Positions 40,625 through 49,146 of a stretch of 64,000 nucleotides of DNA are shown here, one piece after another. Both the position numbers and the translations under genes were made by a program. The DNA comes from a virus (taxonomy: Duplodnaviria; Caudoviricetes). The stretch covers positions 32,001 through 96,000 of the IMG/VR virus record IMGVR_UViG_3300035501_000350; one strand, written 5' to 3'. The notes below the pieces were generated by a model. It worked only from the letters and a program-made list of their open reading frames with translations, ran no database searches and was not told the origin of the DNA. Every line of letters begins with the position of its first letter. Position 1 is the first letter of the stretch.

Positions 40625-40765
40625 GATGGATATAGTTACACGTGTTCATCATTCTTTCCAGTGTTGAGTTAGTAAGCCCTTGCCTGAAAACTCAGCGTTT
40701 TTACTCTTGTAGACATGTTAGACAAGGATATTCCCCGTATGGTTAATTCCATACGGGGGATGTTC
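40625..40765 (+). ncRNA. Array RNA unit 5 (predicted)
   Basis: 5' stem GATGGATAT/GTGTTCATC, TTCTTTCC tract, stem GTTGAGTT/AACTCAGC, terminal hairpin. Confidence 0.55.
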
Positions 40766-40838
40766 TGCTTTAAATTATAAATATATATTTATATTTACAT
40801 AAAGTTAATTTATTTACAATAATTGGAGGTTTAGAGAA

Positions 40839-41723
40839 ATGATGCTGCAGGAAGAATTTAATAAGATTACTACTGCCTATGAGAATTATATCAAGAACGG
40901 CGGGCCTAAGAGCAGTTCTGATAGAATGAACTACATTAATACTGTATTCAATAGTGTTAATATGGTAATCAAACTACTGTGTATTAGCGTTAATGGTGTT
41001 GATGTTGATTCTGCTGTGCTCACTGAGGCACAGTATAATAAGCGCAGTGCCATGGGTAATAAGCTGTTTGGCTCTCAGACAGCTAATGCAGAAGAAATTA
41101 CTAAACCTTCTGAGGATATTACTGAAGAAGAGTCTGTTGTTATTAATTCTGTATCTGTAGAGGATATTCCCTCTGCAGAGGAACAGTCTGAAGATACTAC
41201 TATTATTACTGAGGAGGATACCGATATGCCTGCAAAGGAAACCAAGACTAAGAAAAAGACTAGTACTAAAAAGAAGGCTGTTGAAGAGCCTTCCGAGGAA
41301 ACTAAGAAGACTACCACTAAAAAGAGGTCTACCAAGAAGACTAAGAAAGAGCCTATCGAAGCAGAAGTTAAGATGAAGGAAATCGAGGATTTCGTTGCCG
41401 GTAAGACTGCTGTTGATATTATCGGAGAAGAGCTTACCGCATGGGGTATTTCTTCTGATTCCTTTGTTTATAAGGCTCTTGTTAGACTTCCTGAACTTAC
41501 TAAGCATGCTGTTAAGTATGCTGAGGTTGTTGATCTTATTGCTGCTGATACTGGTAAACCTAAGGGAGTTATTTCCTCTGCTTTCACTAACATGGTTAAG
41601 AAAGCAGATTTCTCTAAGACCATCTACTTACCTAACTTCCTTAAGCTTACTGAAGAAGAGCTTCGTAGCAATAGAGACTTTGTAATCGAGCAGCTTGCCG
41701 AATATTGCGAGCCTGACGAGTAA
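40839..41723 (+). CDS. Protein with acidic and Lys/Thr-rich linker and C-terminal Spo0A-effector-like domain
   Basis: GGAGG RBS; the C-terminal ~100 aa align by eye with the Spo0A DNA-binding domain. Confidence 0.5.
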   Translation: MMLQEEFNKITTAYENYIKNGGPKSSSDRMNYINTVFNSVNMVIKLLCISVNGVDVDSAVLTEAQYNKRSAMGNKLFGSQTANAEEITKPSEDITEEESVVINSVSVEDIPSAEEQSEDTTIITEEDTDMPAKETKTKKKTSTKKKAVEEPSEETKKTTTKKRSTKKTKKEPIEAEVKMKEIEDFVAGKTAVDIIGEELTAWGISSDSFVYKALVRLPELTKHAVKYAEVVDLIAADTGKPKGVISSAFTNMVKKADFSKTIYLPNFLKLTEEELRSNRDFVIEQLAEYCEPDE

Positions 41724-41866
41724 TTTTGCCAACTTCCTTATCCTTTTTATTCTAATAAGAAAATACTGGGTCAAGGCGAGAGCCTTACCCAGTATTTTCT
41801 ACATTTTAATAATAGAAAAGTAATATACTTTTTCTACTATTATTATTGAGAGGATGTGAATTAATA

Positions 41867-42463
41867 ATGGGTAAACCTAGAAGAAAGTACGGTGAATCTA
41901 AAGAGGATTATATAAAGAGAGCCGCACTTGAGATGTACTCAGAAGGATACCATATTAGCGAGATCGCACCAAAACTCAATACTACGCAATTTAAGGTGTA
42001 TAACGCTGTAATGGTTAGTAGTAGCAGGACTACTACAGAAGAAGAACGTGAAGAAATGATTTACTTAAGATCTAAAGGGATGCCATATAGGGACATTGCT
42101 GCTATTGTAGGTCGTAGTGAATCATGTGTACGTTTAAGAGTTAAGACTCCAGCTAAGTTTAATTCTCGTGGCGGGCATCATATGTCAGATAAAGACCTTA
42201 ATAAGATGAAGGAATGGTACTCTGAGGGAAAGACCATTACCTGGATCGCTAAAAAGCTTGGAGTTAATAGAGATAATGTAATTCATAGAATCAGAAAGTC
42301 TGATTTATATGAGCCTAATAAATCTAAGATTACTCCTCTTACTATAGCAGAGAAGCGTAAGATAGATTTAATGAAGTCTAAGCGTATGATGCTTGATGAA
42401 ATGGTTGAAGAGACTGGTAGAGATCATAACCTGATCATCAAGTATATTAATAGAGGGAAGTAA
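41867..42463 (+). CDS. Multi-HTH DNA-binding protein
   Basis: Four HTH-like units (GYHISEIAPKL, GMPYRDIAAIVGRS, GKTITWIAKKLGVN, MMLDEMVEETGRD). Confidence 0.75.
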   Translation: MGKPRRKYGESKEDYIKRAALEMYSEGYHISEIAPKLNTTQFKVYNAVMVSSSRTTTEEEREEMIYLRSKGMPYRDIAAIVGRSESCVRLRVKTPAKFNSRGGHHMSDKDLNKMKEWYSEGKTITWIAKKLGVNRDNVIHRIRKSDLYEPNKSKITPLTIAEKRKIDLMKSKRMMLDEMVEETGRDHNLIIKYINRGK

Positions 42464-42486
42464 TATACTTCCTATAAATGGTAATT

Positions 42487-43503
42487 TTAATAGATGTATT
42501 TATTATGCGCTGCCTTAACAGCGTCATAAGATGTCTTTGCATAGATCATGGTAGTTTCAATATTAGCATGCCCAAGAAGCATTGAGATTTCATTAATGCT
42601 CATTCCATTATGCAGTGCGATAGTTGCTGTGGTGTGTCTAATAACATGGGGAGTTACTTTCTTATTTAAACCTACAGCTCTATCAGAGATAGTACCAACT
42701 ATCTTTTCTATAGCCTCTTTCTTTAGAGGATTGTATGGTTTTCTTTCAGATACAAATATGAATTCTGAATCGCCATTACGCTCTTTATCAATATATGTCT
42801 CTAGAGCTACCCTAGCTCTAGCATTCAGGAAGGATATTCTATGCTTAGATCCCTTACCGAAGATATGCACTGTATTTGCCCTCCAATCAATATCTTCAAA
42901 TTTTAAAATTGCTAACTCTGATACTCTACATGCTGTAGAGTATAGTGTTTCTATAATCGCATTATCCCTTGCAGATTGGCAAGCATTTCTTAATAATTCT
43001 AGCTCATATGGTGTTAGAGCTTGTCTAGGGGGAGTCTCATAATGTATTGGCTTGCATGGATACCCAGGGTTCTTTAAGATATATCCCATCTCGTGGCACC
43101 ATGTAAAGAATCTAACAATATACTCTCTGTATTTGTCTAGAGTTCTATTGCCAATATCATGGCTTAATTGATATCTAGTTAGATAATCTCTAATATCATC
43201 AGCTTCAATTTCATTTAAATCTTTTTGGCAATCTTTGAAGAATAACTCTAGAACTAATCTATACCCATAGCATGTCTCTGGAGTCAATCCTTCAGATTGT
43301 TTACATTCGATATATTTATATACTAATTTTGGAACTCCATTATTTCCTCTGGCGAAATATTGATTAGTAGTTTTCTCATAAAAATTAAAATTAACAGCGG
43401 CTTTATCCATGGAGCTAAGAATTTTGCTAATTTGATCTCCATTTAGATTTAAGCCGCATGATGCAAAGTTAGATACAACAGCGTTTTTATAGAAATTATA
43501 CAT
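42487..43503 (-). CDS. Tyrosine recombinase (XerC/XerD-like)
   Basis: ACRVSEL (R), GKGSKHR (K), HVIRH, LGH, TTMIY catalytic Tyr; N-terminal SAM-like domain. Confidence 0.93.
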   Translation of the reverse strand: MYNFYKNAVVSNFASCGLNLNGDQISKILSSMDKAAVNFNFYEKTTNQYFARGNNGVPKLVYKYIECKQSEGLTPETCYGYRLVLELFFKDCQKDLNEIEADDIRDYLTRYQLSHDIGNRTLDKYREYIVRFFTWCHEMGYILKNPGYPCKPIHYETPPRQALTPYELELLRNACQSARDNAIIETLYSTACRVSELAILKFEDIDWRANTVHIFGKGSKHRISFLNARARVALETYIDKERNGDSEFIFVSERKPYNPLKKEAIEKIVGTISDRAVGLNKKVTPHVIRHTTATIALHNGMSINEISMLLGHANIETTMIYAKTSYDAVKAAHNKYIY

Positions 43504-43686
43504 TAGAACCTCCATTATGGTGTGCTAGCGTAGTTTATAATACGTTATTACTCTTTACACTAATGTATTTCTTATTGTATAATTCTACTTTAACATGTTA
43601 AAGACAGTACCAATCCCAGGTGGAGCGCTCCACCTGGGACTAATCTGGGCTATATGCTAAATTTAACATATAAATCTCATTGGGCA

Positions 43687-43965
43687 TTAAGTACCAGTAC
43701 TTTCTTCATTACCAATCAAAGAAGCAACGGCTACTAGGTTATTACCTTCACCATCGTTCAGTAATGTTTCTCCATCTTCATCTAAAATGTAAAGCGAATC
43801 GATAGATAACAATTTCTCTAATCTTCTAATCTCAAGTATCAGAGCGTCTACTACTTCCTTAGTTGTGGTGTCTGAGTCATACATGACATTATCAGCGGAA
43901 GTTTGTGGGTAAATAGTCTGGACTGTATTTCCTTTGAGATTTTTTAGCTGAACTTTCTTAGCCAT
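43687..43965 (-). CDS. Small virion protein with YPxTSAD module
   Basis: IYPQTSADNVMYD. Confidence 0.6.
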   Translation of the reverse strand: MAKKVQLKNLKGNTVQTIYPQTSADNVMYDSDTTTKEVVDALILEIRRLEKLLSIDSLYILDEDGETLLNDGEGNNLVAVASLIGNEESTGT

Positions 43966-44072
43966 CGGTTTGACTCACCAGCCTATTACTTATTTGACAG
44001 CATTAGGCCGGGGGAGGCAAATGCCGCCCCCAGCCGTTATGCCCGTCGGATTATAATGTTATGCAGCTAGAC

Positions 44073-44744
44073 TCAGGAAGCGGACTCGTCAGCAACCTCA
44101 ACGATGTAGAGAACACCATCATCGGTAACATCGGTATCAGCTTCAACAACCTGGATGTACTCCTTGATGGTAGCCTTCTCTTCAGCGGTTACGAAATTGT
44201 GGTCGTCATCCTCAGTGACCTTGGTAGCTGCAACGGCGGAATCGTCATAAACAGTTACCTCAGTGCCGTTGATCTTGATGTTACCATTGGTTGCGGAAGC
44301 CTCAACCTTAGTAGCACCAACAGCCTGCAGAGCAGCAACGTCCTTAACGAGGCCAGAGTTAGAATCGCCGACAGCAGTCTTCAGGGCATTGACATCCTTA
44401 ACCAGACCAGAGTCGGCATCACCAACAACAGCAGCGAGATCGCTAATCAGAGTGGAGACGTCATCATTCTCATCCAGCCAAGCAGCAACTTCCTTCAGAG
44501 TATCATAAGCGTCATTGATAGTCTTATCGGCATCAGTGAAGCCCATGATCTTATTGTACAGCTCAGTCAGCTTATCATCAGCCTCAGACTTGGTGTACAC
44601 GTCACCAACGCCAGTGGCCAGAGATGCAAGCTTAGCAGCAACGGTAGAGCCATCATACTCAATCATGTCAGCAGAGGACCGAGGATAGATGTCATATACA
44701 GTGCCAGCAATCTTTTTCTTCAGGTATACATTCTTAATAGCCAT
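44073..44744 (-). CDS. Fibre-like virion protein with YPxSSAD module
   Basis: IYPRSSADMIEYD; AYDTLKEVAAW; VGDxxSGLVKDV repeat; AAGGAGG RBS. Confidence 0.65.
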   Translation of the reverse strand: MAIKNVYLKKKIAGTVYDIYPRSSADMIEYDGSTVAAKLASLATGVGDVYTKSEADDKLTELYNKIMGFTDADKTINDAYDTLKEVAAWLDENDDVSTLISDLAAVVGDADSGLVKDVNALKTAVGDSNSGLVKDVAALQAVGATKVEASATNGNIKINGTEVTVYDDSAVAATKVTEDDDHNFVTAEEKATIKEYIQVVEADTDVTDDGVLYIVEVADESAS

Positions 44745-44839
44745 AAATATATCCTCCTTTTTAAGAATATAGAAATGTGATGCATATGCATTAAATTAAT
44801 GTTTAATCTCTTAGGAGGTTGGCTTAATCCAGAAATTGG

Positions 44840-45412
44840 TTATTCTGTTTCATAATGAACGACTTTATACCTTGTATATCCATTCTCATTACTAACAGTT
44901 TTCAATGTTTCCTGTACATCTATAATTCTCTGATTAGTACTTCCTGCCCACTTGTAGTTATTATCAAACTTGCTTTGCTCAAACTTACCATCTACTAAGA
45001 CATCTGTATTCTTCAGGATAGTTCTTAGATATGTAGCATCTGGGTATAACTCTCCGCCAGTATAATTACTGATTATAACCATGAGCTCATCAAATGTATA
45101 TCCAGTATAAATCCATATTGTCTTGCTTGGATATAATGACTTAAGCAATGAAGTTAATATAGATATCTGAGGAAGATTAACAGGATTAAGAGGATCACCA
45201 CCAGAGAAAGTAACTCCAGATGCGTAATCATTATTTAAATAATTTAAAAGCTCTAACAAAGCATCATAATCAAATATCTTACCAGATGTAGGACTCCATG
45301 TTTGAGGATTCTGACAGCCCTTACAATGATGCCCACAGCCAGAAACAAATAATACTGCTCTTAACCCTTCCCCATTTAACTGATCATCATAACTGATTTT
45401 GTGATAATTCAT
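44840..45412 (-). CDS. nrdG: Anaerobic ribonucleotide reductase activase
   Basis: NGEGLR, CGHHCKGC radical-SAM motif, SGGDPL, VLVDG, GSTNQRI. Confidence 0.93.
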   Translation of the reverse strand: MNYHKISYDDQLNGEGLRAVLFVSGCGHHCKGCQNPQTWSPTSGKIFDYDALLELLNYLNNDYASGVTFSGGDPLNPVNLPQISILTSLLKSLYPSKTIWIYTGYTFDELMVIISNYTGGELYPDATYLRTILKNTDVLVDGKFEQSKFDNNYKWAGSTNQRIIDVQETLKTVSNENGYTRYKVVHYETE

Positions 45413-45432
45413 ATCTCTTTTCACCCCTGACT

Positions 45433-47586
45433 CTACATAGACACTCTATCTGCAATCTCTGCTCTCTTAGCGTCGTTATATCTACTCTTACCTTTAACTT
45501 TATTGAAACCTAAATAGCCATTCATTCTCTGTACTTCAGTGATATTCTCAGACCCACACTTCGGGCATTTATGCATATTCAATTCCTCATGGCCACAATC
45601 TTCACAATATGCAAGATCAAGATTAATACCCTCATACAATCCAAGCTTCATTGCTCTTCTTACAAGATCCTTCATGGCTTTAGTATTATAATTAATGGGG
45701 CACTTACAATACTGAATCTTGCCACCGTTAAACAAATTCCAGAATCTATTCTCAGAATCCTGCTTCTCTATAGGAGTAATATCTTCAGTTACATGGCAAT
45801 GGAAAGAGTTAGATACATAAGCCTTATCAGATACATTTTCTATAATACCATACTTCTTTCTAAACTGCTCTACTTGAAGACCGCAGAGACTCTCTGCCGG
45901 GGTTCCATATATAGCGTACAGGATTCCATCTTCCTTCTTATATACATTTACTTTATCGTTGATATAATGCATTACTTCAAGAGGGAATTCTCCATCTTCA
46001 TAGATAGACTTACCATTATAAAGACGATTGAGCTCATTCAACGCTATAATACCAAAACTTACAGTCATCGGAGGAAGTAGTTTAGCGATCTTATCATCAG
46101 CCCCAAGAGTGCCACCTAAGCAACCACCTTGCATAAACATCATAGGATTAGTGCTAGCCTTCTTCTCTCCAAAGAAAGCAATAGTCTTCTTATGAAGATT
46201 TCTGATCATTTCGAGATAATAGTCAAGAACTTCATAGAAATCTCTATTCTCTTGACGAGCCTTAGCTAAGATCATCGGTAAATGTAAGCTGACAGCGCCT
46301 AAATTAAAACGACCCTCAAAGATTACGGTATCATTTTCATCCGCAGGATTCATTCCTCCACGCTCATACCATGGAGACAGAGATGCTCTACACCCCATAA
46401 GACTAAGAGGCTTACCATACTTCTTATACATAGAGGGAATATACCCTTCACCAGACATAGACAGATAGTCAGGATACATACTCTTTTTGCTACACTCTAT
46501 AGCCTCATTAAAGATATACTCATAGGGTTTACCAGGGCCATGTAATTCTTCATCATACAAGAACGTGAGCTTGGGGAACAACACAGTCTTTTTATAACCT
46601 GCCTTGCCCTGGCCTCCGGCTCTTACTCTAAGAATAGCAGTGTTAAGCAAGCACCCCCATCTGGATGTATTTAAACCAAAAGATACTGCAATAAATGGAT
46701 AATCTCCTCTAGAGCTTCCTACAGTATTAAATCTATATTCCCAAGACTGGAACAGCTGTTCCATATCTCTATATACTTTCTTCTCTGCTTTCTTATCAGC
46801 CTTAGCAAGAATAACATCATCAATATCAAGACCATTGTTTTCAGCATCTTCAATATACTCATTATAATACAGATCATAGCTCTTCTGAGCATATTTATCT
46901 AAGATGAAATCAACCTGGGGGATAGTGAATCCGCCATACTGTTGTGATGCTGCACTGATAGTGGTATCAGAGATTACATCTCCAGCAACGTCTAATGTTT
47001 TAGGCTCATTATACCACTGGTTGCCCATCTCAAATCCACCATCTAATACATTCTTCATATCAAACAGACAGCAGTTCAATCCATCAAGACGATCCTTCAT
47101 ATCATGAATATAGATATATCCATCTCTAGCAGCTTGAAGCTCTTCTTTGTTTAAGAAGAACTTTTGATATAATTCCTTATTGAGCTGGCCATAGATCAAT
47201 GATCTCTGTGTAGAAACCATAGCAGAATCTGTATTAGCATTAGATACATCCCCAATATATCTAATAGCCTGGGACTTCTTATACACATTATCAAGAATAT
47301 TACAGAATTCTACTTTATAATTTCTATAATCACGATAGCTCTTGGCAATCATAGGATCAATCTCTTCAAGAGCATTCTCTGCAAATGTGTGCATGGCACT
47401 AATGGGAATCTTACCATTATGCTCACTAGCATAATTTGCAGCCATTGCTATAACAATATTACTAATCTTTTCAATCTCATCATCAGTGTAAGTATGTAAA
47501 CACCGTTCGGCAGATTTAGATACCGCACTGATTACCTTCTCAATATTGAACTCCTGTTCAGTTCCATCTTTCTTAATAACAATCAT
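45433..47586 (-). CDS. nrdD: Anaerobic (class III) ribonucleotide reductase
   Basis: ATP cone (VIKKDG), YIHD, NCCL, MGCR, TPAES, CxxC...CxxC, RMNGYLG glycyl-radical motif. Confidence 0.95.
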   Translation of the reverse strand: MIVIKKDGTEQEFNIEKVISAVSKSAERCLHTYTDDEIEKISNIVIAMAANYASEHNGKIPISAMHTFAENALEEIDPMIAKSYRDYRNYKVEFCNILDNVYKKSQAIRYIGDVSNANTDSAMVSTQRSLIYGQLNKELYQKFFLNKEELQAARDGYIYIHDMKDRLDGLNCCLFDMKNVLDGGFEMGNQWYNEPKTLDVAGDVISDTTISAASQQYGGFTIPQVDFILDKYAQKSYDLYYNEYIEDAENNGLDIDDVILAKADKKAEKKVYRDMEQLFQSWEYRFNTVGSSRGDYPFIAVSFGLNTSRWGCLLNTAILRVRAGGQGKAGYKKTVLFPKLTFLYDEELHGPGKPYEYIFNEAIECSKKSMYPDYLSMSGEGYIPSMYKKYGKPLSLMGCRASLSPWYERGGMNPADENDTVIFEGRFNLGAVSLHLPMILAKARQENRDFYEVLDYYLEMIRNLHKKTIAFFGEKKASTNPMMFMQGGCLGGTLGADDKIAKLLPPMTVSFGIIALNELNRLYNGKSIYEDGEFPLEVMHYINDKVNVYKKEDGILYAIYGTPAESLCGLQVEQFRKKYGIIENVSDKAYVSNSFHCHVTEDITPIEKQDSENRFWNLFNGGKIQYCKCPINYNTKAMKDLVRRAMKLGLYEGINLDLAYCEDCGHEELNMHKCPKCGSENITEVQRMNGYLGFNKVKGKSRYNDAKRAEIADRVSM

Positions 47587-47819
47587 CTTTTATACAAACC
47601 TCCTGTAAAGAGTAAAATATATTTTATTCCACATCCCTCTCTAATAGTGTGGATTAATATATTGTCGTCAGTAATGCTAAATCCAAATAATAAAGTACTC
47701 CGTTTGTGATTATATAAAATTACTGCTTATATAAAGCAAAATAATCTAATACAACACTCAATAATAGGATTTTTAACGGCTAGACATTTTATTAATTACC
47801 AATATAGGGAGGAATAATA

Positions 47820-49046
47820 ATGGCCACAAAGAGAAAGCCTAAGCACATTACTAAAGAGGCAGATTTAAATGATATAATTAATCTTACTCATGAAGAAGCC
47901 GCTCGTAAGGCTACAATCATGAATTGGTTTGGGACGTTTGCAGATGCTCCTAGATTTAATACATATGATACTGTAGAGATACCCGCTGGTAAATATGGCA
48001 TAGATAAGCATAAGAACAAAAAGCCATTTACCACCACTGTAGGATTATGGGTATTTAACAAAGCATTTATAGAACCAGTATCAAATGTTTTAGGATACAT
48101 TAATGAGACTGTAAATGGGGATAAGTATGATGATATTAACCAAACTTTATCATACGCTCTTCTTGAAGATAAAATTACTGTAGATCAATTAAAAGACTTT
48201 ATAATGCAAACACAGATTCTTATGGGCTGTGCTAGCGCTATATGTCCCTCACATGATATGGATATATTACTATTAACCAATCAGGCTGAGATTAAGAAGA
48301 AAGAGTTAGAGAAGAAATATGCAGATAGAATTGCTCAAGGCGATATTGTTGCTATGAAGGCAGTAGAGGATGAGCTTACCGCATGGGCAAAGCAACAGCT
48401 TAAGGATTCAGAGTCTGCTGATATGTATAACTCTGGTGCTCGTAGTTCCTGGGGTAATAACTTCAAGAATATGTATTTAATGAGAGGCCCGCTTAAGGGC
48501 ACCGATGGAAATTACACATATACAAGCAGCTCGTATATGTCTGGAATGAAGAAGGATGAATACTCAGCTGTAAACGACTCTGCTGTTGGAGGGCCTTATT
48601 CCAGATCTAGAAAGACTCAAATGGGAGGGTACTTGGAAAAGCAATTTACTAATGCTACACAGCATATTAAAGTATTACCGGCTGGCAGTGACTGTGGGTC
48701 TACAGGTACTATTACTATCACCTTAACTAACAAGAATCTTAGTATGTGGCTGTACAGCTTTATAGTTGGTAATAATGGATCTTTAACTGAATTAACTATG
48801 GAGAATAAAGACAAATACATAGGCAAAACTGTTAAATTTAGATATTCAGGATTATGTAAATCTAAAAATGGATGTATATGCGAAAAGTGTGCAGGTACCA
48901 TGTATAGACGCATAGGTATAGAGAATATCGGCCTAGGCACAATGATTATGATGAGTTCACTTAAGAATGCATCCATGAAGCGGTTCCATTCAAATACTCT
49001 TAACCTAGCTGAACTTAGTCCTGATGAGTGTTTTGGAACTCTATAA
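47820..49046 (+). CDS. Phage multisubunit RNA polymerase beta' subunit, C-terminal part
   Basis: TTVGLWVFN, SGARSS, GGYLEKQF, DCGS, CxxxxGxICxxC zinc site, ENIG...MKRFH, matching RpoC conserved regions. Confidence 0.88.
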   Translation: MATKRKPKHITKEADLNDIINLTHEEAARKATIMNWFGTFADAPRFNTYDTVEIPAGKYGIDKHKNKKPFTTTVGLWVFNKAFIEPVSNVLGYINETVNGDKYDDINQTLSYALLEDKITVDQLKDFIMQTQILMGCASAICPSHDMDILLLTNQAEIKKKELEKKYADRIAQGDIVAMKAVEDELTAWAKQQLKDSESADMYNSGARSSWGNNFKNMYLMRGPLKGTDGNYTYTSSSYMSGMKKDEYSAVNDSAVGGPYSRSRKTQMGGYLEKQFTNATQHIKVLPAGSDCGSTGTITITLTNKNLSMWLYSFIVGNNGSLTELTMENKDKYIGKTVKFRYSGLCKSKNGCICEKCAGTMYRRIGIENIGLGTMIMMSSLKNASMKRFHSNTLNLAELSPDECFGTL

Positions 49047-49146
49047 AAATAATATTTGATTCCCTTTACGGCATTAAATAAATATATTCCTAACAATATA
49101 AGTAATCCATATTGCGGATTAATACTTATACAAGGAGATATTATTT

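Larger units (their letters stand above)
40003..40765 (+). repeat. Five-unit array of promoter + variable structured RNA + invariant hairpin
   Basis: CCCGTATGGTTAATTCCATACGGGG identical five times (loops start 40098, 40251, 40395, 40567, 40743); TACATATTA(A/G)TG five times. Confidence 0.92.

Noticed and set aside
40003-40765. CRISPR array
   Set aside because: Periods are 144-176 bp, the inter-repeat segments are structured and contain their own promoter motif, and no cas operon is present. The Cas4-like nuclease at 32.7 kb sits in a replication operon.
40003-40765. tRNA cluster
   Set aside because: No cloverleaf, TTC T-loop or acceptor-stem pattern could be found in any unit.
42487-43503. 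Prophage integrase marking a host-phage junction
   Set aside because: Both flanks are phage-like and share the same promoter motif; no host genes or tRNA att site are visible.
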